This document shows, piece by piece, positions 36,500-46,526 of a DNA stretch of 64,000 nt; positions within the stretch are counted from its first letter, which is position 1; each line of letters starts with the position of its first letter. Position numbers and translations under genes: made by a program. Origin of the DNA: an uncultured Thermoplasmatales archaeon (GTDB taxonomy: Archaea > Thermoplasmatota > E2 > UBA202 > DSCA01); the NCBI GenBank assembly GCA_964514975.1, contig CAZESS010000002.1, forward strand, positions 1-64,000, given 5' to 3'. The notes beneath the pieces were generated by a model that saw nothing but the letters and a program-made list of their open reading frames with translations, was not told where the DNA came from and made no database searches.

Positions 36500-37630
36500 T
36501 CAGGGCTCGTAGCCGTAGGCGTCGAAGACGGGGCGCCACCGCTGGTAGACACGTTCCTTGGTCTCCTCGTCGAGATGGTAGGCGTCCGGCGTGAAGTCGA
36601 ACTGCCGGTCGATGTATGCGCTGGACATGGGGGCTGCCCTGTCGAATCCGGGGAGGTCGAGCGCTTCATAGACGTGGCGGGTTTCGTTGAGCGGGTCGGC
36701 AATGAAGTCCTGGTAGCGGATTTCGGTGAGCTGTCCGTCGGGTATCAACCCGCGGTCGCTGAGGTATCTGGTGAAGAAGCGCTGGTAGAAGTCAACCATG
36801 TGCTGCTCGAGCTCGTCCTCGCCGGGGGGATTCTGCAGGCAGTAGAGGGGGACGGCGATGCGCATGAACTTGAGCATTGAGGCGTAGACCTCGTAGGGAT
36901 GCCGGTGGATGTGTATGAAGCGGGCGTCGGGGTACATGTCGAGGAGCAGGGGGAGGTGAACGGTGTTGTCCTGGTTTTTGAGTACCAGGCGTCTGCCGCC
37001 GGTGGCGAGCGTGATTTTCTGGAGCAGATAGTGATATGCCTGGCGCCATTCTTTCTGTACGGCGGGGGATTGCTCGTCGATGAAGACGCCGTCGTAGTAT
37101 GCGGTCATCCGGCGGGGGAAACACCAGCCGTGGTAGAACGAATACGGTGTGTAGGCGCCGACGGCGTACTGGTCCTCCTGGGGCAGGTCGGCGCCCATGT
37201 CGACGTCGTCCATCGGCCGTTTTTGGGGGATGCTTTTGTCGACGACGGGTTTGAACTGGCGGTTCCACATGAGGAACAGGCCGGGGATGTATGCCTGGAA
37301 GGTTGTGAACCAGGCGAACTGCGGATCCTGTGACAGGATGTTGTGCAGGTAGGTGGTACCGCTGCGCCAGTGGCCGATGATGAATACGGGGTCGTGCTCT
37401 ATCTCGGTGGCCTGTATGGCGTCGTGGTATTTGACGTGCTCGGCGAGGCGGAAGGGCGCCATGACGCTTGAGAGCAGGAGCGTGTACAAAAAGCGAGGGA
37501 GGTATCGCCATCCGATGCGGAAGCGGTTCTGGGCGAGGAGGCGGAGGAAGTTGAGGAGATTGCTGCCGGCCAGCGGCTCTTTGGTGAACTCGAGGAGCTG
37601 TGCTGTGCCCCCGGGTGTCGTCCCCTGCAT
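36500..37630 (-). CDS. Sulfotransferase family protein
   Basis: PVFIIGHWRSGTTYLH, RPMD, PQED, LVLKN, FIHIHRHP. Confidence 0.88.
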   Translation of the reverse strand: MQGTTPGGTAQLLEFTKEPLAGSNLLNFLRLLAQNRFRIGWRYLPRFLYTLLLSSVMAPFRLAEHVKYHDAIQATEIEHDPVFIIGHWRSGTTYLHNILSQDPQFAWFTTFQAYIPGLFLMWNRQFKPVVDKSIPQKRPMDDVDMGADLPQEDQYAVGAYTPYSFYHGWCFPRRMTAYYDGVFIDEQSPAVQKEWRQAYHYLLQKITLATGGRRLVLKNQDNTVHLPLLLDMYPDARFIHIHRHPYEVYASMLKFMRIAVPLYCLQNPPGEDELEQHMVDFYQRFFTRYLSDRGLIPDGQLTEIRYQDFIADPLNETRHVYEALDLPGFDRAAPMSSAYIDRQFDFTPDAYHLDEETKERVYQRWRPVFDAYGYEP

Positions 37631-37685
37631 CCTGCTGGAACTCCCCGGATGTTATATATTTTGTGCGCGCTGCCCCTGCATCTGT

Positions 37686-37881
37686 TTGAGGTCGGCGATG
37701 GTGGCGAAGTCGAGCAGGCCGACATCGCTGACGGCCAGGACGTGGAAGCGGTCGACATCAACGGTGTGCAGGTAGCAGGGCATCGACAATGTGGCGCCGA
37801 CCTCGTCGCGGAGCTTGATGAAGGGATGCTCGTGGGCGAGCAGCAGCCTGCCATCCCCGGGGACGTCCCCGGCAGGCCATG
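37686..37881 (-). pseudogene. Diverged, internally deleted copy of the 3' end of the metallophosphoesterase gene (41391-42116)
   Basis: Aligns to about 41410-41705 (AHEHPFIKLRDEVGATLSMPCYL / SD.GLLDFATI.DLK) with a 99-nt deletion. Confidence 0.85.
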
Positions 37882-37907
37882 ATGGTATGCCGCCGGAAGG
37901 GCGATAT

Positions 37908-39575
37908 CTATGTGGCGTCTTGCCGGTACACGATGGTTCCGTTGAAAATGGTCATTGCAACCGCTGCCGTGTCGATGCCCGCTGCCGGCTTTTCGAAAAT
38001 ATTTTGGTCCAGCACCACGATGTCTGCTTTTTTCCCCGGCTCGAGGGTGCCGACCGTGTCCTCCATGAAATTCTGTATCGCCCCGCCGGAGCAGTGACAT
38101 CGGATTGCCCGCTTGAGGTCCATCCGTTGCCGTGGCTCGTAGGATTGTTCCGTGCTGTCGTCGGGGTCTTTCCGTGTCACGGCGGTGCCGACGGCGATCA
38201 GCGGGTTCATGGTGCTGGAAACGGTTCCCCATGGCCAGTCCGATCCAAAGGAAACCATGGCACCTTTGTGTATGAAATCTTCGATGAGATATCGCCGGTC
38301 GGCCCGTGTCCGCCCCATGAGCGGTATCGTCTCGTCGTAATAGTTTTCGTCCATGTAAAACCAGGCCGGCTGAAAACAGGCGATGACACCGAGTTTTGGA
38401 AACCGCTGTATGTCGGTTTCGCTCACGATTTCCAGATGCGCCAGGGTGTGCCGTGTATCTCTCCCGCCATTCTGTTCAGCGGCATGGACAAGGCCGTCGA
38501 GTGCCTCCCTGGTTGCGCCTCCCCCGATCGAGTGAACATGTATCTGGACGTCATGTTTGTCCAGCGCGGCGGCAATGTGCTTGTACTCGTCCGGGCTCCA
38601 GACCGGGCTCCCTCGATAGTTTTCCCTGTCCTTGTATGACTCCAGCAGGAAACCGGTGTGTCCCTCGACGGCGCCATCCATGAAAATCTTGGCGACCCCG
38701 AGTTTGTATCGGGTTCCATGGCCAACGGTTTCGCGGGCGCGGAGCATGTCAGATATCTGCTTGATGCCCTGTGAGGGGTCGCAGACATAGCTTCCATGGA
38801 GCCGGATGGTGAGCTCCCCATTGTCGTCCATCTCTTTTACTGCCTGGAAGGCGTTCCACTGGTCCGTGTTGAGGACGCCGGCGTCGAACACCGAGGTTAT
38901 CCCGTGCTGCGCCGCTTTCCGCATATAGGTTTTCAGTGCCTGTTTCCAGTCTTTTTTGGTTGGCTGGGGAAGCCTGGTGGTAACCAGTCGGATCGCCGGC
39001 ATTTCACGGAGACAGCCCCATGGCTCCGCTGTGCCGGGATGTCGTTCGATATGTCCGCCATCCGGGTCAGCCGTCTGTTTTGTGATCCCGGCGACGTCCA
39101 GTGCCTTTGTGTTCACCCAGCAGGAATGATAATCGATGGAGAGGAAATAGGCAGGGATGTCCGGCAGGATGTCGTCCAGTGTTTCTTTGCGGGGACCACA
39201 GGATGGAAACGGTGAATGTATCCATCCAAACCCGAAAATGTGTGACGCATCTTGATGCTCTTGTGCATACGCCTGGATGGTTTTCACGTATTCCTGTTTG
39301 CTGGATGCACCGGTTAAAAGACAGCCGTTCATCAGCCGTCCGCCCATCAAGGCGTGGCAGTGGGCGTCGCAGAAGCCCGGGAGAACAGCGTGCCCGTCAA
39401 CGTCGATAACCCGGGTGTCGGGCCCGGCCAGGGATGAAACATCGTCGGGGTCTCCGACATACGTGATATTGTCATCCTTGATAGCGAGCGTGGTAACGAA
39501 TCGGTCCTCGTCATCGAGCGTGTAGATGGTGCCATTTGTGAGGACGATGTCGGCATCGTGTTGTGATTCTGTCAT
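37908..39575 (-). CDS. Amidohydrolase 3 family (YtcJ/NfdA-like)
   Basis: PGFCDAHCH, H..WVN, KIFMDG, HSIG, H.E, GSDWP, GTLEPGKKAD. Confidence 0.92.
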   Translation of the reverse strand: MTESQHDADIVLTNGTIYTLDDEDRFVTTLAIKDDNITYVGDPDDVSSLAGPDTRVIDVDGHAVLPGFCDAHCHALMGGRLMNGCLLTGASSKQEYVKTIQAYAQEHQDASHIFGFGWIHSPFPSCGPRKETLDDILPDIPAYFLSIDYHSCWVNTKALDVAGITKQTADPDGGHIERHPGTAEPWGCLREMPAIRLVTTRLPQPTKKDWKQALKTYMRKAAQHGITSVFDAGVLNTDQWNAFQAVKEMDDNGELTIRLHGSYVCDPSQGIKQISDMLRARETVGHGTRYKLGVAKIFMDGAVEGHTGFLLESYKDRENYRGSPVWSPDEYKHIAAALDKHDVQIHVHSIGGGATREALDGLVHAAEQNGGRDTRHTLAHLEIVSETDIQRFPKLGVIACFQPAWFYMDENYYDETIPLMGRTRADRRYLIEDFIHKGAMVSFGSDWPWGTVSSTMNPLIAVGTAVTRKDPDDSTEQSYEPRQRMDLKRAIRCHCSGGAIQNFMEDTVGTLEPGKKADIVVLDQNIFEKPAAGIDTAAVAMTIFNGTIVYRQDAT

Positions 39576-39605
39576 GTTTTTTCATCTCCCGCCGGAACAG
39601 GATGG

Positions 39606-41189
39606 TCACTCCGGGCTGGGTTTCGGCAGTGGTTTTTCAGATGTGGAGAAGATCTCCTCGAAGGTATCTCGTTTTTTGATGACCGCGATAATCTCGTCCT
39701 CGTCGGCCAGCACCCGGGCGGGCCGTGGAAACGAGTTGGTGTTCGCCGCGAAAAAGCTGGGGTCGTATGCCCCCGTGTGGTAGCAGCCGAGGATGTCGCA
39801 TCTCTCTGGCTTCCGCTGGAGGAATACCTTGTATTTGGATATGATGTCGCCGGAGTAGCACAGGTTCCCGGCGAGGAAGGTTTCAAATGGTTCATCGTCT
39901 GTCCTGAACGGGTCGTTCAGCACCGTCCAGTGGTTCACCGGGGGAAGCAGCATGGCGGTTGCAAAGTTTGTCACATTGGCTTCAACCGTCGTAAGATAGT
40001 GGTGCTCCGCCACGCTTCGGACATGGCTGACCTGTACGAGCGTGATGCCGGAGTCCTCGGCGATGCTCCGGCCGGGTTCGATAACCAGCTTGGGGTCTCC
40101 CAGCTCATGCAGTGCCTCTTTGAACGGCAGTTTTTGTCCGTTGACGGTTATGGAGCCGGTTAATACCTCTTCAAGCATTTGTTCCCTTGGATAGTCGGAA
40201 TACATTTTTTCTCCGCTCCACTCCTCGGGGTTGATGGTTCCGTCTTTTTCTACCGCCAGACCGCCATGCTCGTTGTTCCAGACAAATGCTTTCGAGTGGT
40301 CGCCCTGCTGCCCGGCAAGATATCCGGCTTTCACCCGGTCGACGAGATAGGTCCATTCTTTTTTGTTCACATATTCCGCGGGAAACCCTCCGCCGATGTT
40401 GACAACCCTGCAGTCTCCGCCTTCCTGCTCGAGCAGGTGGCACAGTTCGATCAGTTTGCCGATAGCCGTCAGGTATGCCGACGGGTCGGCTATCTGGGAG
40501 CCGACATGGGTATGGAACCCCTGCATGTCTAGATGCGGAAAGTCATCGAGATTCCGGATGATATCGGGGACGTGTTCGATGTTTTCACCGAATTTCGACC
40601 AGACCCCTGCGGTAAAGATATTTGCGTCGGTCACTCCCTTCATGGAAAAACCGGCGATGCGGAGGGCAACACGTGCCCGTTTCCCCTCCTGTGCTGCGAC
40701 GCTGTTGATGTTTTTCATTTCCTCGTAGCTATCCGCGATGAAGAACATGTTCCGCCGTACCCCTTCATGGATCAACGCGTCGGATTTCGCGTTGCCGTTG
40801 ACATCGAGGTCTTCCGGGTCTACGCCTCCCTGCAACGCTGCTTTCATCTCGTTTATGGATGCAACATCTGCACCGATGCCTTCGTTGGCGATGAGTCGAA
40901 ACACCGCGGGATGCGCGTTTACTTTTCCGGCGAACCGGATGTGGCCGTTCGGGTAATGGGCATCGAAAACACGCTTGAACCGTCGTATGTTCTCCCGCAG
41001 TATCGGGGCATAGAAAATATGTAGCGGGACACCGTATTCCTGTTTCCACCAGGAGAGCGGCTTGCCCGCGATTTCAATCTCGCCATCGGATGCCCGGACA
41101 AACCCCATCTCGTCAACCTTGAGCGTGCCCCACTCGAATCCCGCTTCCTCGTTCCGCTCGGGAATTCCCGCGTATTTGCCAAAATTCAT
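39606..41189 (-). CDS. Fold-type III PLP decarboxylase (diaminopimelate/ornithine decarboxylase-like)
   Basis: FAGKVN, SKFG, HTHVGSQ, NIGGGF, EPGRS, GNLCYSGD, TGAY. Confidence 0.88.
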   Translation of the reverse strand: MNFGKYAGIPERNEEAGFEWGTLKVDEMGFVRASDGEIEIAGKPLSWWKQEYGVPLHIFYAPILRENIRRFKRVFDAHYPNGHIRFAGKVNAHPAVFRLIANEGIGADVASINEMKAALQGGVDPEDLDVNGNAKSDALIHEGVRRNMFFIADSYEEMKNINSVAAQEGKRARVALRIAGFSMKGVTDANIFTAGVWSKFGENIEHVPDIIRNLDDFPHLDMQGFHTHVGSQIADPSAYLTAIGKLIELCHLLEQEGGDCRVVNIGGGFPAEYVNKKEWTYLVDRVKAGYLAGQQGDHSKAFVWNNEHGGLAVEKDGTINPEEWSGEKMYSDYPREQMLEEVLTGSITVNGQKLPFKEALHELGDPKLVIEPGRSIAEDSGITLVQVSHVRSVAEHHYLTTVEANVTNFATAMLLPPVNHWTVLNDPFRTDDEPFETFLAGNLCYSGDIISKYKVFLQRKPERCDILGCYHTGAYDPSFFAANTNSFPRPARVLADEDEIIAVIKKRDTFEEIFSTSEKPLPKPSPE

Positions 41190-41390
41190 ACATGAAATGT
41201 TAACCGTGTTTAATTATCTTTGCACGACACAATAAAATGTTTTGTTTTTAAACGTATACCCGGGTGATGGACATCCTTATTCAACACAGCACATGTTCCA
41301 CAACAGGGGCCAACGCGGTCACACGGGTACGGCCGGCGACATCATCCAGCGCCCCTGACCGGCATGATACCTCAAAAAGAGGGCAGACAT

Positions 41391-42116
41391 TCATGGCCGA
41401 TACATGGCCTTGAGGTCGCCGATGGTCGCGAAGTCGAGCAGGCCGAGGTCGCTGATCGCCAGGACGTTGAAGGCATCGACGTCGACGGAGTGCAGCAACG
41501 GCGACAAGTAGTCACCGGGCATCGCATCTGAGACATCGGTGCCCGACACGATGGGGGAAAACGCGGGCATGACCGCCACGTCGTCGGTGTACAGGTAGCA
41601 GGGCATCGACAGGGTGGCACCGACCTCGTCCCGGAGCTTGATGAAGGGATGCTCATGGGCGAGAAGCGTTCTGTCGCCGCGGGGCACATCGTCACGATGG
41701 CCATGGGTAACGGTGACATCGCCCATGTCGTAGCGCCAGGTCATGGAGACATCATGCCGGACGGCGATGGTCTTCAAAAAGTTGTCATGGTTGCCCCGGA
41801 CGAGGTGGACGTCATGTTCGTCGGCGAGAAAGGAAAGCATGGCATTGACCTCGCGCCATTCCTGCCGGAGGTTGCGGCTGAAGTTGTGCTTGAAGTCGCC
41901 GTTGATCACGATGCAGCAAGGGTCATACCGGTCGAGGATATGCTCCAGCCGCTCGGAGATGACGCGGTCCTGGTAGCGGGGCATCGCGACGCCGTCCATG
42001 CGGAGCACGGCCTCGTAGCCCAGGTGGAGGTCGGCGATGATGACGGCATCCTGCTCGGGCATCCAGATGCATCGCTCCTCTGTGGCATGGACATCCGGCC
42101 ACAGTTCCTCAGGCAT
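41391..42116 (-). CDS. Metallophosphoesterase (Lhr-associated type)
   Basis: ADLHLG, NGD.KH, GNHD, HGH, HEHP, MPAF; directly downstream of lhr. Confidence 0.92.
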   Translation of the reverse strand: MPEELWPDVHATEERCIWMPEQDAVIIADLHLGYEAVLRMDGVAMPRYQDRVISERLEHILDRYDPCCIVINGDFKHNFSRNLRQEWREVNAMLSFLADEHDVHLVRGNHDNFLKTIAVRHDVSMTWRYDMGDVTVTHGHRDDVPRGDRTLLAHEHPFIKLRDEVGATLSMPCYLYTDDVAVMPAFSPIVSGTDVSDAMPGDYLSPLLHSVDVDAFNVLAISDLGLLDFATIGDLKAMYRP

Positions 42117-44637
42117 TGATGGCCTCCATCACCTGCTCGTGCATCTGCCGGGTGAACGCCTTGCGGTCTTCCATCAGGACGACATCGGAAGCGCCCACGG
42201 CGACGATGTTGAAGGCAAACGGCGAGGGGAGCTCCGTCTGCTTGAGCGTTAGCGTGATGTCGCCCTGCTCGACCTTGCGGGCATAGGAGATGGCGTTGTC
42301 GATGTCCATGGAGTCCTCCATGATCTCGCGGTAGGTTTCCTTTAATGCCGGGAACTCGGGGTCGATCTCTTTGACGACCTTGAACAGGACGGAGGCGTTG
42401 CGCTGCTGCCGTGACACGCTCATGTGGTGGCCGAGGTAGTTGCGGAGGATCATGAATGAGCGGGCTGCGACGTGCCGGAAGCGTCGCTTGAGCATCTCGG
42501 TGTTGTCCAGCGCGCGGCGGAGATCGTCGCGCATGCCCTCTGGCTTGAGCGCGGCCCGGATGTCTTCGGCTGCCAGCGGGTCGTAGCGCTCGGGGTACAT
42601 GACGTCGAAGCCGTTGTCGGTGATGGCCAGCCGGATGTTGAAGCCGTGGATCGAGGTGAGCCTGAATGCAACGATGCGTGAGAGGGCGTCGTTGGCCTGC
42701 CGTCCCACCAGCGTGTGGAAGACGACGTGCCGGTAGCCGTCCTGCCGGAAGGTTTCGACGAGCAGATGTCTGTCGTGGGGGACGCCGAAGTGGAGCTGCT
42801 CCTGGAAGTAGTTGCGGATCGCCGGCATCAGGCTCTCGGCGTCGCCGTTTTCTATCGTTTCGGCGACGGTGCGGCGGTAGCGGTTGATCTCCCGGGCGAG
42901 GTCGTAGCTGAGCGGGAGCTGCTCGGAGAACCATGACGGGATGGTCGGTGACGCGTCCGGTCGGGGAACGACGTAGATGCGCATGCGCTTGGAGCGCTTG
43001 AACTGGTAGGTCTGGCCGGCGAGGACGAAGATGTCGTCTTTTTTGAGCCGTTCGACGAAGGGCTCCTCGACCTTGCCGACGAACTGTTTGTCGGTCGTGT
43101 AGACTTTTACGGCGGTTTCATCTGGGATGGTGCCGATGTTGAGGTAGTATATTGGGCGGACCATTTTGCCGCGGCGCCCGAACATCTCGTCCTGCTCGTC
43201 GTACCATATCTTGCCGTAGACCTTTTTGCCCTCGAGTTCCTCGTATTCGCCGGCGAGATAGTGCAGGAGCTTGATGAAATCCTCGCGGGGGAGGTCGCGA
43301 TAGGGATGGGCCCGGCGGATGAGCTGCAATGCATCGCCCACGTCCCATTTCTGCTGGATGCCCATGCCGACGACGTGCTGCGCGAGGACGTCGATGGCAT
43401 TGGATGGAATGTGCACCCGGTCGAGTCTCCCCTGGCGGGCCTCGCGGGCGAGCACTGTGCATTCGATGAGGTCGTCGCGGTCCAACACGATGATGCGGCC
43501 CTTCGATGTCTCGGTGATGAAATGGCCGGAGCGGCCGATGCGCTGCAGCGCCCTGGTGACGCTTTTGGGTGAGCCGAGCAGCACGACGAGGTCGACGGAG
43601 CCGATGTCGATGCCGAGCTCCAGGCTTGTCGAGGAGACGACGCAGCGGAGGTCGCCCCGTTTGAGTTTTTCCTCGACGCTGAGGCGGACGTCGCGGGACA
43701 GGGAGCCATGGTGTGCCTCGACCACGCCGTCGTAGTGGGGGTAGCGCTGTTTGAGGTTGAAGACCACCCGTTCGGTGGCGCTCCGGGTGTTGGTGAACAC
43801 CAGGGTTGTCTGGTGCTGCTGGATGAGGTCGTCGAGTATCTGGTACATCGCCGTGGATGCTTCGCCGGTGGGGGTGTAGACGAGGTCGTCGACGGGGGAG
43901 ATGACCTCGATGTTGACGTCTTTCATGCCGGTGACGTCGACGATGAGGCAGTCGCGGTCTGTGCCGACCAAAAACCGGGCGATGTCGTCCATGGGGGAGA
44001 TGGTCGCTGAGAGGCCGATGCGGACGGGCTCGTTGTGCATGCGCTGGACGAGCCGTTCGAACGACAGCGAGAGGTGGACGCCGCGCTTGTTGTCGGCCAG
44101 CGAGTGTATCTCGTCTATGATGACATATCGGGCTTCTTCCAGGCTGCGGGAGAACTTGGGTGAGTTGAGGACGATTGCGAGGCTTTCGGGCGTGGTGATG
44201 TAGATGTGCGGCGGGGTGCGGGTGTGCTCCTGCCGTTCTTTTTGGCTGGTGTCGCCGGTGCGGACGCCGACGCGGATGTCGTCCTCGATGTCGTTCGCCT
44301 CGTAGAGTTCGCGGAGCGGTTTCTGGAGGTTGCGCTCGATGTCGTTGTTGAGCGCCTTGAGCGGCGAGACGTAGAGGACATATATTTTGTCTTCGAGCTC
44401 GCCCTGCTTGGCGAGGAGGAGCAGCTCGTTGATGGCTGCGAGGAATGCGGACAGGGTTTTGCCGGAGCCGGTCGGCGACGATATCAGGGTGTTTTTTCCG
44501 TCGTGGATTTCTTTGACCGCATAGCGCTGGCAGGCGGTGAAATCGCCGAAGGTGTCGCGGAACCATGTCTCGATTTCGGGGACGAGGATGTCGTAGATGT
44601 CCCCGTTGCCATACTGCTCGGTGGCGTATTCAATCAC
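42109..44637 (-). CDS. lhr: Lhr-family ATP-dependent helicase
   Basis: PTGSGKT, SPLKALNND, DEIH, HHGSLS, LELGIDIG, QRIGRSGH, NIGTIPD. Confidence 0.95.
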   Translation of the reverse strand: MIEYATEQYGNGDIYDILVPEIETWFRDTFGDFTACQRYAVKEIHDGKNTLISSPTGSGKTLSAFLAAINELLLLAKQGELEDKIYVLYVSPLKALNNDIERNLQKPLRELYEANDIEDDIRVGVRTGDTSQKERQEHTRTPPHIYITTPESLAIVLNSPKFSRSLEEARYVIIDEIHSLADNKRGVHLSLSFERLVQRMHNEPVRIGLSATISPMDDIARFLVGTDRDCLIVDVTGMKDVNIEVISPVDDLVYTPTGEASTAMYQILDDLIQQHQTTLVFTNTRSATERVVFNLKQRYPHYDGVVEAHHGSLSRDVRLSVEEKLKRGDLRCVVSSTSLELGIDIGSVDLVVLLGSPKSVTRALQRIGRSGHFITETSKGRIIVLDRDDLIECTVLAREARQGRLDRVHIPSNAIDVLAQHVVGMGIQQKWDVGDALQLIRRAHPYRDLPREDFIKLLHYLAGEYEELEGKKVYGKIWYDEQDEMFGRRGKMVRPIYYLNIGTIPDETAVKVYTTDKQFVGKVEEPFVERLKKDDIFVLAGQTYQFKRSKRMRIYVVPRPDASPTIPSWFSEQLPLSYDLAREINRYRRTVAETIENGDAESLMPAIRNYFQEQLHFGVPHDRHLLVETFRQDGYRHVVFHTLVGRQANDALSRIVAFRLTSIHGFNIRLAITDNGFDVMYPERYDPLAAEDIRAALKPEGMRDDLRRALDNTEMLKRRFRHVAARSFMILRNYLGHHMSVSRQQRNASVLFKVVKEIDPEFPALKETYREIMEDSMDIDNAISYARKVEQGDITLTLKQTELPSPFAFNIVAVGASDVVLMEDRKAFTRQMHEQVMEAINA

Positions 44638-44905
44638 GATTGGGACATTGGGGGTTGCATAAAAGGTTTACCGACCCCCTCCCCTCCTCCCCCCCTCTCG
44701 GCGTGGAAAAAAAGGACAACATTTTTATACAGGCATGGCCCCCCCCTCCCTCTCTGTGTTTATATATCGCCGGGCTGTTGTAGGAGTGAGGATGGAACGC
44801 CGGGCGTCCGTCTATATAGCGCCCTAAAACGGGCACGGAGGCCGGCGATGCCATGTGGGCCGCCGCTCATCCGCATCCCTCCCCCCCATTTTTGGCGGCC
44901 TTTTT

Positions 44906-45649
44906 TTATAGCGAGCCGCGCGTGGCTGCCTCGCTGCATGTGCAGTCCCGCTTTTCGGGGAGCGCCGACGCCGTCCGGAGCAGGATGCCGACGGCGACGT
45001 CGCGCATTTCCTCGTAGATAGAGGCGATCTCGTCGGCGGTGAGGCCCGTCTGCAGGCCGGCGGCCATGTTTGAGACGACGCAGAGCGACGCGTAGCAGAT
45101 GCCCGCCTCCCGGGCCAGCGTTGCCTCGGGGCCAAGGGTCATCCCCACGACGTCGCCGTGCTCCTGGAGCATCGCTATCTCCGCCGGTGTCTCAAAACGG
45201 GGCCCGGCCGTGGTGATGTATACGCCCTCTGACACGCTGCCCTCCGAGCTGGCCGCGTCGAGTAACAACTGCCTCGTTTCGGGGCAAAACGGCTCGGTCA
45301 TGTCGACATGGACGGGCGCATCGTCATAAAACGTGGCGATGCCGGTGAAGTCGATGAAATCACCGGGAACGACGAGGCCACCGGGCTGCACGCCCTGCCG
45401 CATCGAGCCCACGGTGCTCACCGCCAGGACATGGGTGGCGCCGCAGGATGCGAGCGCCCGGATGTTGGCATGGTGGCTTATCCGGTGGGGCGGGATACCA
45501 TGGGTGGCGCCGTGCCGGGGGAGAAAAAACAGCTCGCGGTCGTCGTGCTCGACGCGGGTGACCGTGACCGCACCGTACCGAGTCTCTACCTCGAGGGCGT
45601 TTCCCTGCATGTCGTAGATGCCGGTGCCGCCGATGATGCCGATGCGCAT
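44906..45649 (-). CDS. MTAP-family purine nucleoside phosphorylase
   Basis: IGIIGGTG, PRHG, GPRFETPAE, VGMT..PEA.LARE, VSN.AAG. Confidence 0.92.
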   Translation of the reverse strand: MRIGIIGGTGIYDMQGNALEVETRYGAVTVTRVEHDDRELFFLPRHGATHGIPPHRISHHANIRALASCGATHVLAVSTVGSMRQGVQPGGLVVPGDFIDFTGIATFYDDAPVHVDMTEPFCPETRQLLLDAASSEGSVSEGVYITTAGPRFETPAEIAMLQEHGDVVGMTLGPEATLAREAGICYASLCVVSNMAAGLQTGLTADEIASIYEEMRDVAVGILLRTASALPEKRDCTCSEAATRGSL

Positions 45650-45729
45650 AGACGTGCAACACGCCCCGCCATATATAAACATGTGTTTTTCACAATAGTT
45701 AAATAGGGGCGCCGCTTACACCAATAGCC

Positions 45730-46041
45730 ATGACGAAGAGCCCCTGCGAAACCATCGTCTGGGACGTGCTCCCTTGCCTCCGAAGCGCGCTCACCCGCCG
45801 CCTCAAACGGGAAGGGCTGCGACAGACCGACATAGCAGAGCTGCTCGGCGTGAGCCCCGCCGCCGTCTCGCAGTATCTCTCCAGAAAACGGGGCTGCAGC
45901 GACCGGGTGGAGGAGGTCGCCGGCGAGGAAATCCACGAGTCTGCACGAAGGATTATGAACGGCCAGCCCGTGGAACAGGAGCTCTGCCGTCTCTGCCGAA
46001 TCATCCAGCGGCGGATAAACGGCATCGAGGTTCCCTGCTGA
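45730..46041 (+). CDS. Archaeal HTH transcriptional regulator (COG2522-like)
   Basis: PCE..W.VLP, Q.DIAELLGVSPAAVSQYLS.KRG, CxxC; paralogue of 2836-3156. Confidence 0.85.
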   Translation: MTKSPCETIVWDVLPCLRSALTRRLKREGLRQTDIAELLGVSPAAVSQYLSRKRGCSDRVEEVAGEEIHESARRIMNGQPVEQELCRLCRIIQRRINGIEVPC

Positions 46042-46130
46042 ACGGCCGGCGAACAACATGCAAAAATATGCACTACCATTCAATTAAAATATTTAAAAAT
46101 TTTTATTAACCCCCTGTGGTTGTAGATGGT

Positions 46131-46490
46131 ATGTCGGTGGCAGGCAGGCGGTATGGCGTCTGGAAGGCGCAGGTCAACTGGCTCGGCGGCAAGATAGACG
46201 TGTCGCCATACTGGCGGCTTGCGCTCCCCGCCTGGCTGCTCCCCGCCCTGGTCGGCGAGTGGACGGTCCAGTGCATGGGCGGCCAGGTCATCGGGCTTAT
46301 CGCCGGCGGCAGCGTGTCGCTGCTGAAAAGCTACCATGACTTTTACCGGCTGATGGGTGCCTATGTGCCGATGCTCACCGAAAAAATACGCTGGCGGCGG
46401 ATCGCCATCGTCATCATATGTGTCATGCTGGCCATCATGACCCTGCTGCTCCTCGACGTCAACCCGGTCGCCGGCCTCCTCAACCGTTAA
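46131..46490 (+). CDS. Hypothetical membrane protein
   Basis: ORF after an AT-rich promoter-like tract, C-terminal hydrophobic helix. Confidence 0.4.
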   Translation: MSVAGRRYGVWKAQVNWLGGKIDVSPYWRLALPAWLLPALVGEWTVQCMGGQVIGLIAGGSVSLLKSYHDFYRLMGAYVPMLTEKIRWRRIAIVIICVMLAIMTLLLLDVNPVAGLLNR

Positions 46491-46526
46491 GCCAGGTTTT
46501 TTTATACCCGGCGGTGTTTGCCCGGC

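Noticed and set aside
41391-44637. Lhr helicase plus metallophosphoesterase as a novel system
   Set aside because: This pairing is already well known in archaea and bacteria
2836-46041. Two similar COG2522-like regulators as ends of a duplicated or mobile segment
   Set aside because: Similarity is at the protein-family level only and no shared flanking DNA was seen; ordinary paralogues
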